Shown piece after piece: positions 47,150 through 55,376 of a stretch of 64,000 bases of DNA. Source of the stretch: an uncultured Schleiferiaceae bacterium (lineage in GTDB: Bacteria > Bacteroidota > Bacteroidia > Flavobacteriales > Schleiferiaceae). Every line of letters begins with the position of its first letter. The first letter of the stretch is position 1. Below the pieces are notes generated by a model. That model worked only from the letters and a program-made list of their open reading frames with translations. It did not search any database and had not been told where the DNA came from. Position numbers and translations under genes: made by a program. The stretch is from positions 23,481 through 87,480 of the forward strand of contig CBFHKC010000006.1 of assembly GCA_965656315.1 (NCBI GenBank). Reading direction: 5' to 3'.

Positions 47150-47497
47150 ATGAAACAGTTCGTAGTATTTGCCGCACTTGTAGCCTTAGTTTCTTGTGCC
47201 AATCAAGAGCCTGAAGTGATTGAAATCCCGACGGCGAAGGAAGTTGTAGCACCAGTTGTTGCGAATGCAAGCTCTAAGATGTTCGTTTCTGGCATGACCT
47301 GTGTGATGGGTTGTAAGGGAGCGATTGAAAAGAAATTGAACGCGACGGAAGGTGTTGAGTCTTTTGCAATCACGTTTGAAGACAGCACAGCAGTAGTGAA
47401 GTTTGATTCCACGATGATTTCTAAGGAAGAAATCATAGCGACAGTAGATGGCGTGGCCGGTGGCGGTTTGTATGAGGCTACTTTGCTTGCTGAATGA
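47150..47497 (+). CDS. heavy-metal-associated (HMA) domain lipoprotein, CopZ-like metal-binding motif
   Basis: It has a lipobox (ALVALVSC) and the GMTCVMGC motif, which matches the GMTCxxC consensus, within a ferredoxin-like domain of about 70 aa. Confidence 0.75.
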   Translation: MKQFVVFAALVALVSCANQEPEVIEIPTAKEVVAPVVANASSKMFVSGMTCVMGCKGAIEKKLNATEGVESFAITFEDSTAVVKFDSTMISKEEIIATVDGVAGGGLYEATLLAE

Positions 47498-48513
47498 TGC
47501 GTAGTGCGCTTGTTAGAAAGTTAGCTACAGTATCACTGGTATTTATTTTCCTAGTGATTCTCGCAGGTTCAGTGGTGCGTGCCACCGGTTCTGGAATGGG
47601 CTGTCCGGACTGGCCGCAATGCTTTGGTTACAATATCCCTCCTACGGATGTGGAGACGTTGACTTGGCGTTCGGGTAAAAGCTTTGAGAAAGGTCAGATG
47701 ATTTTACTTGATGACCAATTCTGGGTCGCGCAGTCTAATCTCACCACGGGAGCCGCTTTCGATGCTGCAAAGTGGGCGGTTTTCGATCGACACGATTACA
47801 ACATCTTTAACCCCGTACATACTTGGATCGAATTCATCAACCGATTGATTGGTGCCCTAAGTGGTCTGCCGATACTCATCTTGATGGTGGTTGCATTAAC
47901 CCGACTTCGCAGCAACCCGTGGAATGCCATTCTTTCAGTACTCGTGTTGTTTCTTCTGGGTTTTGAGGCTTGGCTTGGGAAATTGGTGGTAGACGGAAAT
48001 CTTGTGCCGAATTCTATCACCATTCACATGATGGGATCTGTAGCAATCGTTCTGTTGCTTTTAGCCCTGCGTGCTCGTAATACGGAGGAGTCACCGGAGC
48101 TTCCGAGACCTGTGCTCGGCGCTTTGATGGCACTTTTGCTGGTGATGGTAGTTCAGATTTTCTTGGGTACTCAGACCAGAGAATTGGTAGATGCCTTTAG
48201 TGACCACGGTACGTTGGAGGACCGCATGTCGATCATACCAGGAATTCAGTCTGCGATGCCACAGATTCACCGTTCATTTGCATGGTTGGTATTGATCTTA
48301 ACGAGTGTATTGTGGTACATGCGTCGAGCAAAAAAGGTCGAGATTCCAGGATTCTCAGCGCTGATGTTTGGCGTTGCGCTGGAATGGATGGTGGGCTTTG
48401 TCCTCTATTTCTTGGGCTTGCCAAAGGCGATGCAGCCGGTGCATTTGGTGCTAGGGATTGCGATCTTAACCTCGGTTAGCTATCCTCTCTTTCTCGCGTT
48501 GCGTAAGCGGTAA
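47494..48513 (+). CDS. ctaA: COX15/CtaA-family heme A synthase
   Basis: It is a polytopic protein with the CPDWPQC cysteine pair in the first loop and conserved His residues in TM helices. Its ATG overlaps the HMA gene stop (ATGA). Confidence 0.8.
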   Translation: MMRSALVRKLATVSLVFIFLVILAGSVVRATGSGMGCPDWPQCFGYNIPPTDVETLTWRSGKSFEKGQMILLDDQFWVAQSNLTTGAAFDAAKWAVFDRHDYNIFNPVHTWIEFINRLIGALSGLPILILMVVALTRLRSNPWNAILSVLVLFLLGFEAWLGKLVVDGNLVPNSITIHMMGSVAIVLLLLALRARNTEESPELPRPVLGALMALLLVMVVQIFLGTQTRELVDAFSDHGTLEDRMSIIPGIQSAMPQIHRSFAWLVLILTSVLWYMRRAKKVEIPGFSALMFGVALEWMVGFVLYFLGLPKAMQPVHLVLGIAILTSVSYPLFLALRKR

Positions 48514-48709
48514 GCTCCTCAACAGCACGTTCCCATTGTGCAGTAAATACGAAAATCTTTACCGAAAGGTTTCCTCCTACAGGAAGCACAGAGGCCATCG
48601 TAAGGTGCTCTAGTTCTACTCGAATGCTTTGCCCTTCGAGATAGGCAGCTATGAGGCTCGCTTCTGTAGGCGTAGAGGCGACGTATAGTAATTTCCTTGC
48701 GCTACTCAT
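48476..48709 (-). CDS. small DUF2007-like protein
   Basis: This 77-aa ORF lies downstream of gldD with an 8-nt overlap. Its 3' end overlaps the convergent ctaA 3' end by 38 nt. The family call is tentative. Confidence 0.45.
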   Translation of the reverse strand: MSSARKLLYVASTPTEASLIAAYLEGQSIRVELEHLTMASVLPVGGNLSVKIFVFTAQWERAVEELTAYATREREDS

Positions 48710-49265
48710 TCCAGTGGATTGTACTGATTAATGTTTGGATTTCTTCGCGCATGAAATTGGTCACGGGAGCTAAACTATCAGGATTGGGAGCACTGTAGTG
48801 GTAGAGGACGCCACGCAGAAAGTGTTGAGCGCTATCGGTAGCGTAAAACTGGGTAGTAGTCGCTGAGGCGCCGGACATTTCATAGTACATGCCGTAGACG
48901 TTTTTATCCGGGTAGCTAAAGAAGCGTTCACGCATTCCAGAAGCCTTCACGGTATGCTTGTAAGCCAATTTTTGAGCGTCTATCACCAACGCCTCCAGAT
49001 TGTCCTCCACTGGCTTATACGTCAACTGTACGGTGCTCATAATGCTTGGATACAGCAGGTCAATGAAACAGTTTGTTGTGTCTTTATACCGCCAAATTGC
49101 CTTCGAATTATATGCTGCGGAAAAACCACAATGCTTCGGCGCTAAATCCACTGCGCTGTCACTCACAGGAAGCGTAATGCGCATGTATCCCACAGGACGT
49201 GCCGTCGGATCGTCACTGCAAGAAACCAAGGCGATAAGGGCCAGGGTTAGAATGAAATATCTCAT
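48702..49265 (-). CDS. gldD: gliding-motility lipoprotein GldD
   Basis: It has a lipobox (LIALVSC), is 187 aa long and sits immediately downstream of gldE, overlapping it by ATGA. This is the ssb-gldE-gldD arrangement as I recall it from Flavobacterium johnsoniae. Confidence 0.7.
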   Translation of the reverse strand: MRYFILTLALIALVSCSDDPTARPVGYMRITLPVSDSAVDLAPKHCGFSAAYNSKAIWRYKDTTNCFIDLLYPSIMSTVQLTYKPVEDNLEALVIDAQKLAYKHTVKASGMRERFFSYPDKNVYGMYYEMSGASATTTQFYATDSAQHFLRGVLYHYSAPNPDSLAPVTNFMREEIQTLISTIHWNE

Positions 49266-50584
49266 AATTTGCTAGGGTCAATCGTTACTTTAACGCGGAT
49301 AAGTTTGCGCTGGTCTACACTTTCAACAGTAAATGTAAACTCATCGTGCTCTACAGTTTCGTGCTTGCTCAAGAACTTTCCTGCGAGTTCCAGGATCAAG
49401 CCTGCGACCGTGTCACTTTCTCCATCCACGGCATCGAATCGGTCTTTGGGCTGTCCTATTACCCGGCAGAAGTCAATCAATGGGGTTTGTGCTTCAAATA
49501 CAAAATTGTACTCATCTAGCTTGCTATACACCAAGTCGTCATCGTCAAACTCGTCAGAAATTTCTCCGACAATCTCTTCAATAACATCCTCAAGAGAAAT
49601 AACACCTGAAGTACCTCCAAACTCATCCACCACAATGGCTAAATGAATACGACGTTGCTGAAACTCCTTGAGTAAGTCGTCAATTTTCTTACTCTCAGGT
49701 ACGAAGAATGGGGGGCGAACGAGGTCCTGCCAGCCAAAATTCTCACTAGCATCCATATAGGGAAGCAAGTCTTTTACGTAGAGCAGGCCTTTAATTTGAT
49801 CTAAACTTTCTTCGTATACAGGAATCCGTGAGTAACCACTTTCCGTGATGTTTTCAAGGGTGTCTAAATATTTTGCTTTGATGTCAATCGCAACAACCGA
49901 GGTCCGCGGGGTCATGACTTCCTTGACGGCAGTAGATCCGAAGCGAACAATTCCTTGTAAAATGCGCTGCTCGTCCTCTGTTGTAGTTTCATCCGAAGTC
50001 AATTCCAACGCCTGTTCTAAATCGTCTACACTTAGAGATGGTCCACGACCTTCGATGTTTAATCGGTTAACTGCTTTACTCATTCTTCTAGAAAGAGGTT
50101 TCAACAGCTTGTGAATACCAGCGAGCATAGGGCTCGTTTTGCGAGCGAAGTCCAGCCGAGCTGCGTTTGCATACACCTTTGGAAGAATTTCTCCGAAAAT
50201 GAGCAACATGCCCGTGATGGCTAAAATTTCCACGGCGAATTTGACGAGCGGACTCCAATCCTCTGGAGTAAATGCAGCGTTAAGTAGGAAGGTCGACAAG
50301 ATGACGATCCCTACATTAACGAAGTTGTTTGCGATTAATATGGTACCAAGTAGCTCTTCAGGATGCTGACGAAGATCATTAATGGTGTCATGATTCGTTC
50401 CGTCTTCTTCAAGTGCTTCTAAGTCGGCCGCTGAGAATGAGAAAAAGGCGACCTCTGAACCAGAGATGAGTGCAGAAAGTAGCAATAGTATCCCAAGGAC
50501 AATCAAGGAAATAATCGCTCCCACGGGTACTGCGGAAAGATCTAAAAAGTGAAATATGGCGACTGGGTCGGGCTCTGTTTCCAA
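49262..50584 (-). CDS. gldE: gliding-motility protein GldE (DUF21/CNNM TM domain + CBS pair + CorC_HlyC)
   Basis: It has an N-terminal 4-TM DUF21-like region, a CBS pair (VMTPRTSVVAID, PVYEESLDQIKGLLYVKDL) and a CorC/HlyC C-terminal domain. The TTG start gives an N-terminus METEPDP, similar to the GldE N-terminus as I recall it. Confidence 0.75.
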   Translation of the reverse strand: METEPDPVAIFHFLDLSAVPVGAIISLIVLGILLLLSALISGSEVAFFSFSAADLEALEEDGTNHDTINDLRQHPEELLGTILIANNFVNVGIVILSTFLLNAAFTPEDWSPLVKFAVEILAITGMLLIFGEILPKVYANAARLDFARKTSPMLAGIHKLLKPLSRRMSKAVNRLNIEGRGPSLSVDDLEQALELTSDETTTEDEQRILQGIVRFGSTAVKEVMTPRTSVVAIDIKAKYLDTLENITESGYSRIPVYEESLDQIKGLLYVKDLLPYMDASENFGWQDLVRPPFFVPESKKIDDLLKEFQQRRIHLAIVVDEFGGTSGVISLEDVIEEIVGEISDEFDDDDLVYSKLDEYNFVFEAQTPLIDFCRVIGQPKDRFDAVDGESDTVAGLILELAGKFLSKHETVEHDEFTFTVESVDQRKLIRVKVTIDPSKL

Positions 50585-50604
50585 TGTTTAGGAGTTGGTG
50601 AAAC

Positions 50605-51099
50605 TTAGAAAGGCAAATCGTCTTCCTCCTGACTCGCGTTGTTCATCGGAGCTGCAGGGGTAGGAGTCTGAACGGGTGAAGGTGACGGAGCGGGTGCACT
50701 TTGGCTGTACTGGGGATTGCCGTAGCCGTTGTTGCCTTCATTTGAAGTATTTTCTCCTTCTGCACGAGAGGTCAGCATTGTCATTTGGTTGGCTTGAATC
50801 TCAGTAGTGTAGCGATCTGCGCCTGTCTGATCTTGCCATTTACGTGTTTTAATACGTCCTTCAAGGTATACTTTGTGTCCTTTTTTTAAGTATTTGTGCG
50901 CCACATCTACGAGGCCTTTCGCATTAATCACGATACTGTGCCATTCCGTGTTGGTAATGCGCTGTCCCTCTCTGTTGGTGTACGTTTCAGAGGTTGCGAT
51001 AGGGAACTTCACAAGCGAACCTCCGTTGTCGAAGTGCATGATTTCAGGATCTTTTCCGAGGTTTCCGATGAGCATTACTTTGTTGAGTGTTCCGGCCAT
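50605..51099 (-). CDS. ssb: single-stranded DNA-binding protein
   Basis: It has an OB-fold N-terminus (LNKVMLIGNLGKDPE), a Gly/Pro/Gln-rich linker and an acidic tip EEDDLPF. Confidence 0.95.
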   Translation of the reverse strand: MAGTLNKVMLIGNLGKDPEIMHFDNGGSLVKFPIATSETYTNREGQRITNTEWHSIVINAKGLVDVAHKYLKKGHKVYLEGRIKTRKWQDQTGADRYTTEIQANQMTMLTSRAEGENTSNEGNNGYGNPQYSQSAPAPSPSPVQTPTPAAPMNNASQEEDDLPF

Positions 51100-51130
51100 G
51101 GCGATGTGCGATTGTTTAATATGTATCTAT

Positions 51131-51138
51131 CAAAGTTA
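51131..51138 (-). promoter_or_regulatory. -7 promoter box (TAACTTTG) for ssb
   Basis: The minus strand reads TAACTTTG, 31 nt upstream of the ssb ATG, in the mutY-ssb spacer. Confidence 0.45.
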
Positions 51139-51157
51139 GGGATTTTACCGACCGATT

Positions 51158-52150
51158 TTAAAGCTTGTTGGTAACAAAATTTGCGATGACAATTGGCAAG
51201 CCTAAATCGTTCATCTCTTCTTTCGAGTAAAAGGCCGATGGCTCCGATATAACACCATCCTCCACACGCCAAAAATGACATTTGAGGTCTTTGTGTGAGA
51301 GTTTGTGTACGATTGGATCTGTGAGAAGTTCTCCGTTTTTTGGCGCGGCTGTGAGCTGCGGAAATTCGTACAAACCTGCCCAAATACCATTCGTCTCTCT
51401 TTTTTTAAGCATCCAAGTATGCTCTTTCTCGATCACCGCAAAATGCAACTCTTCGGAGGTGCGTTTTCCCTTTTTGATTTTGATTGGTAATTCAGCTACT
51501 CGGCCGCTCTGGAAGGCTTCACATTCCGATTGCAAATCGCACAGCATGCACGCTGGTTTTTTTGGCGTACAATGCAAGGCACCAAACTCCATGATCCCTT
51601 GATTGTAGCTTCTTGGGTCAGAAGTCCCCTCAATACATGCATTGGCCAATTCTTGAAACGCTTTGATCCCCGAAGAGGAATTGGTCGCGGTGTCCACACC
51701 GAAAAATCGTGCGAGCACTCGGTAAACGTTGCCGTCAACCACGCCTATTTTCTCTCCAAAGCAGATGCTCGCAATCGCCGCCGCCGTATAGGGACCGATT
51801 CCGCGAATTTTCAAAAGTTCCGCCGAAGTATCTGGAAGTTTTCCGCCGTATTCTTCAACAACTTGTTGTGCTCCTCGCTGTAAATTCCGCGCTCTGTTGT
51901 AGTAACCAAGGCCTGTCCAAAGTGACAGCAGTTGATCCTCGGGTGCCTTAGCAAGTGCTTCAACAGTAGGGAATGCTGCCAGAATTTTCTCGAAATAGGG
52001 GGTGCCTTGAGCGACCCTCGTCTGCTGCAAGATGATTTCAGAGAGCCACACTTCGTAAGGTACTGGCTTCTCTTTGCGCCACGGCAACGCGCGCTGATGG
52101 GCGGCGTAGTATTCTTCTATGCTGATTCTAAAGCGATTAAATCTGTCCAA
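51158..52150 (-). CDS. mutY: A/G-specific adenine DNA glycosylase
   Basis: It has an HhH-GPD domain (LPWR, ILQQTRV, GIGPYTAAAIASI), a 4Fe-4S Cys cluster (CTPKKPACMLCDLQSEC) and a NUDIX-like C-terminal domain. The start is TTG. Confidence 0.9.
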   Translation of the reverse strand: MDRFNRFRISIEEYYAAHQRALPWRKEKPVPYEVWLSEIILQQTRVAQGTPYFEKILAAFPTVEALAKAPEDQLLSLWTGLGYYNRARNLQRGAQQVVEEYGGKLPDTSAELLKIRGIGPYTAAAIASICFGEKIGVVDGNVYRVLARFFGVDTATNSSSGIKAFQELANACIEGTSDPRSYNQGIMEFGALHCTPKKPACMLCDLQSECEAFQSGRVAELPIKIKKGKRTSEELHFAVIEKEHTWMLKKRETNGIWAGLYEFPQLTAAPKNGELLTDPIVHKLSHKDLKCHFWRVEDGVISEPSAFYSKEEMNDLGLPIVIANFVTNKL

Positions 52151-52212
52151 GTGGCTTTGTCTCTTTTGCGATAAAAATATTCATTACAGGCTCAGAATAA
52201 GGATTCTACACG

Positions 52213-52220
52213 TATATTTG
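52213..52220 (+). promoter_or_regulatory. -7 promoter box (TATATTTG) for the HU gene
   Basis: TATATTTG lies 46 nt upstream of ATG 52267. Confidence 0.5.
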
Positions 52221-52266
52221 CGCCCCTCAATAACTAAGTCCTTCGGGACCACAAAATAAAGAGCAA

Positions 52267-52560
52267 ATGACTAAAGCAGATATCGTTACAAAGATTTCTG
52301 ATAAAACAGGAATGGAAAGAGGCGACGTGCAAGCTGTCGTAGAAAGCTTCATGAAGGAAATCAAGCACAGCCTCGAGGACGGTAATAATGTATACCTACG
52401 CGGGTTCGGTTCGTTCATCGTGAAGAAACGTGCACAGAAAACAGGTCGTAACATCTCTAAGAATACTACGATTGTTATTCCGGCACACTACATCCCTGCT
52501 TTCAAGCCAGCGAAGGTTTTCGTTGACGGTGTAAAAGAGAACGTAGAAGTAGTAGACTAA
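52267..52560 (+). CDS. HU/IHF-family DNA-binding protein
   Basis: It carries MTKADIVTKISDKTG..V..FGSF.VKKRAQKTGRNISKNT..IPAHYIPAFKP, the HU-fold signature. Confidence 0.9.
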   Translation: MTKADIVTKISDKTGMERGDVQAVVESFMKEIKHSLEDGNNVYLRGFGSFIVKKRAQKTGRNISKNTTIVIPAHYIPAFKPAKVFVDGVKENVEVVD

Positions 52561-52561
52561 T

Positions 52562-53026
52562 TTGAAACGTAATCAACTCATAGCGTTAGCATTTGCTGTT
52601 GTAGCGGCTGTTGCCATCATATCGTTACCTAGAACGCCTTTCGAGGCTGAGGTGATTGAAGAGGTGGGCACAACCAGTGTGCTAGATGCGAAAGTAGACG
52701 AGGCTGTAGCGATTATTCAGAATGGCGAAGGTGCTCCGATGCAAGCGATCGGTATGTTGTTAGATGTTTTGAAAGAGGACCCGGATCACGAAAAAGCTCT
52801 ACTTTGGTTGGGTAATTTTTCTATGATGAGTGGCCAATGGGAAAAGGCGGTCGATCGCTTTCACCAGCTCAGCCAGCTTCATCCTGAAATGGAGATCTAC
52901 ACACTGAATAAAGTACAGGCACTCATGCAAACAGGTGACACCACGAATGCATTGAGTACTGCAAACGAGTACATAAACAACTACCCTAACGCGGAGAGAG
53001 TCAAAGACTTCGCCGAAGGTTTATAA
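52562..53026 (+). CDS. membrane-anchored TPR-like protein
   Basis: The TTG start lies 1 nt after the HU stop. An N-terminal TM LIALAFAVVAAVAIISL is followed by TPR-like helices. Confidence 0.5.
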   Translation: MKRNQLIALAFAVVAAVAIISLPRTPFEAEVIEEVGTTSVLDAKVDEAVAIIQNGEGAPMQAIGMLLDVLKEDPDHEKALLWLGNFSMMSGQWEKAVDRFHQLSQLHPEMEIYTLNKVQALMQTGDTTNALSTANEYINNYPNAERVKDFAEGL

Positions 53027-53053
53027 CATTAATAACACTAAAAACTTAGCATT

Positions 53054-53143
53054 ATGCCAAGCGGAAAAAAACGTAAAAGACATAAGATTGCTACGCACAA
53101 GCGTAAGAAGCGTCTAAGAAAAAACCGTCACAAGAAGAAGTAA
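53054..53143 (+). CDS. 29-aa highly basic peptide, bS22-like (AURKAIP1/COX24-type) ribosomal protein candidate
   Basis: My hand translation is MPSGKKRKRHKIATHKRKKRLRKNRHKKK. It is 62 percent Lys/Arg (18/29). It lies between the TPR gene and RNase G and is not in the ORF track. Confidence 0.6.
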   Translation: MPSGKKRKRHKIATHKRKKRLRKNRHKKK

Positions 53144-53154
53144 TCTTCTAGTGT

Positions 53155-54675
53155 ATGCGAACAGAATTAGTCATTAGTGCTGATTCTGACCGAGCAGACA
53201 TTGCACTACTTGAGGACGGGCGATTACAAGAACTAATAAAGGAAAAGGGAGACGATAGTTTCTCTGTTGGCGATGTCTATTTGGGTACCGTCAAGAAATT
53301 GGCCACAGGCTTAAACGCAGCCTTTGTAGACGTGGGTTATGAGAAGGATGCCTTCTTGCATTACCACGACTTAGGGCCGCAGATAAATTCCTGGCAGACG
53401 TTCTTGCGCCGCACTTTAAAGGGCAAACAGCAAGCGAATATCACCAATTTTGAAACTGCTTCTAACATTGAGAAGGAGGGCAATATTGGTGATGTGCTTA
53501 AGCAGGGTGATCAGATCTTGGTTCAAATAACCAAGGAGCCTATTTCTACGAAAGGGCCGAGGATCACTGCTGAGCTAAGCATTGCTGGGCGCTTTGTAGT
53601 GCTTGTGCCTTTCTCTAACCGCGTAAGCGTGAGTCAAAAGATTCGCGAACGTGAGGAGAAAGACAGGCTGAAAAAATTGGTCAGAAGCATCAAGCCCAAG
53701 GGCTTTGGTGTTATCATACGTACTGTCGCTAAAGGACAGAGCGCAGAGGAATTACAGTCGGATCTCGATAATTTGATGCGCAAGTGGAAACAAGTCCACA
53801 AGGGGATCAAAAAAGTCAATAAGCCGTACCGAATCTTCCGCGAAATGAATCGTGCGAGCGCATTTTTGCGTGACGTATTTAACGAAAGTTTCGCCTCCAT
53901 CACGATAGACAACCAGGAGTTGTTTGATGAGGTGAAAGATTATCTCGAAGGGTTCCAACCGGGGTCTTCAAAAATGGTGAAATACTACAACGGACAGATG
54001 CCGTTGTTCCAGTTCGCCAACGTCGATCGACAAATCAAAGGCGCTTTTGGAACAAGTGTCAGCATGCCGAAGGGTGCTTATCTTATTATAGAGCACACCG
54101 AAGCCTTGCATGTCGTAGATGTGAATTCCGGAAACAGAACGAATACTGCTGAGAATCAAGAGGCAAATGCCTTGCAAGTGAATTTACTTGCCGCAGAAGA
54201 GGTTGCTCGTCAGCTTCGTCTACGTGATATGGGTGGTATTGTTGTGATTGACTTCATCGATATGAACAGTGCGGAGAATCGCCGCGCGGTTTATGAGAAA
54301 ATGAGGGATGAAATGCAACGCGATCGTGCACGTCATAAAATCTTGCCTATTTCAAGGTTTGGTTTGATGGAGCTCACTCGCCAGCGTGTTCGTCCTGAGA
54401 CAAATATTGTTACCCGTGAGGAGAACCCTGACAATCTAGTCGAGGCTCCGATTCAGGTGATTGATACGATCGAGAGTAAGGTTTCAGCGGTCAAGGAACG
54501 TGAGGTGTTCATTCATGTACACCCGTTTATTGAAGCTTACCTAACGAAAGGTCTTTTTAAAAGCGTCAAGAAAACTTGGCAGAAACGCTTTAAAAAGAAG
54601 ATCGTAGTTGTTCCTAGAGACGCCTATACTATGTTAGAGTGGACGGTGATGGATAAGGACAACAAGTCACTTTAA
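53155..54675 (+). CDS. rng: Rne/Rng-family ribonuclease (RNase G-like)
   Basis: It has an S1 domain (VGDVYLGTVKKLATGLNAAFVDVG), then a DNase-I-like/RNase E catalytic core (HVVDVNSG, GGIVVIDFIDM). Confidence 0.85.
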   Translation: MRTELVISADSDRADIALLEDGRLQELIKEKGDDSFSVGDVYLGTVKKLATGLNAAFVDVGYEKDAFLHYHDLGPQINSWQTFLRRTLKGKQQANITNFETASNIEKEGNIGDVLKQGDQILVQITKEPISTKGPRITAELSIAGRFVVLVPFSNRVSVSQKIREREEKDRLKKLVRSIKPKGFGVIIRTVAKGQSAEELQSDLDNLMRKWKQVHKGIKKVNKPYRIFREMNRASAFLRDVFNESFASITIDNQELFDEVKDYLEGFQPGSSKMVKYYNGQMPLFQFANVDRQIKGAFGTSVSMPKGAYLIIEHTEALHVVDVNSGNRTNTAENQEANALQVNLLAAEEVARQLRLRDMGGIVVIDFIDMNSAENRRAVYEKMRDEMQRDRARHKILPISRFGLMELTRQRVRPETNIVTREENPDNLVEAPIQVIDTIESKVSAVKEREVFIHVHPFIEAYLTKGLFKSVKKTWQKRFKKKIVVVPRDAYTMLEWTVMDKDNKSL

Positions 54676-54696
54676 CGAGGGAATAACTCAGTTAAT

Positions 54697-54736
54697 AAAC
54701 CCGAGGCCATCAGTAGGATAGCTTCGGGTTTTTTCG
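54697..54736 (+). terminator. rho-independent terminator after rng
   Basis: The stem AAACCCGAG/CTTCGGGTT has one mismatch and is followed by TTTT. Confidence 0.65.
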
Positions 54737-54748
54737 TTATTTGATTAC

Positions 54749-55204
54749 ATGACAACTTCGGAAGCATTACAAAAGCTACAGCGTTATTGCGCGTATCAAG
54801 AGCGAAGCCCGTTTGAGGTAGAGCGAAAGTTACAGCAGTTAGGTTTGCCTAGAGATCGGCACGAGGAAGTAGTTGCTCAGCTAATGACGGATAACTTTTT
54901 GGACGAGTACCGCTTTGCTGAGGCGTTTACACGAGGGAAATTGAACCAAAAGCAATGGGCACCGAGGCGCATTCGCATGGGCTTACAAGAGCACAGAATT
55001 CCGAAGGTTACAGTTGATCGAATTTTAGGGCAAATAGATCCAAGCGTGGTGGAAGCAAATGCCTTGTACCTAGCTGAACGCTGGTATGCATCTAAAACCA
55101 AGACACAACTTACCTCTGCCTTGCAGCGACGTGGGTACGATTACGAAACCATCAATGCGGCTTATGAAGAAGTGGAACGCCAGCGAAGCGAAGCGAAGCC
55201 TTGA
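54749..55204 (+). CDS. recX: RecX-family regulatory protein
   Basis: ALQKLQRYCAYQERSPFEVERKL and repeated three-helix units are typical of RecX. It is 151 aa. Confidence 0.75.
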   Translation: MTTSEALQKLQRYCAYQERSPFEVERKLQQLGLPRDRHEEVVAQLMTDNFLDEYRFAEAFTRGKLNQKQWAPRRIRMGLQEHRIPKVTVDRILGQIDPSVVEANALYLAERWYASKTKTQLTSALQRRGYDYETINAAYEEVERQRSEAKP

Positions 55205-55208
55205 TGAC

Positions 55209-55376
55209 TTAACCCTTCCAAGTGCCGCCGTAGCGGTAGTGGCTGTTTCCAGGCTTAACTTCTAATACGCACGCTTCGCAGAGGAAATACCACGTCTTGT
55301 CGGCAGGTTTGTATTGTACCCGGAACATGACTGAATGGTCCTTATTGCAATTGGGGCAGGTTTTAGTTCGCATCAT
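55209..55376 (-). CDS. 55-aa putative zinc-ribbon protein (small ORF, absent from the ORF track)
   Basis: My hand translation is MMRTKTCPNCNKDHSVMFRVQYKPADKTWYFLCEACVLEVKPGNSHYRYGGTWKG. It has two CxxC pairs. Its ATG overlaps the ltaE stop (ATGA). Confidence 0.5.
   Translation of the reverse strand: MMRTKTCPNCNKDHSVMFRVQYKPADKTWYFLCEACVLEVKPGNSHYRYGGTWKG

Noticed and set aside
55183-55199. A pentanucleotide microrepeat, (GCGAA) x3.4, at the 3' end of recX.
   Set aside because: It is very short and encodes the last few residues (RSEAKP). Slippage would alter only the extreme C-terminus, and there is no evidence of phase-variation context.
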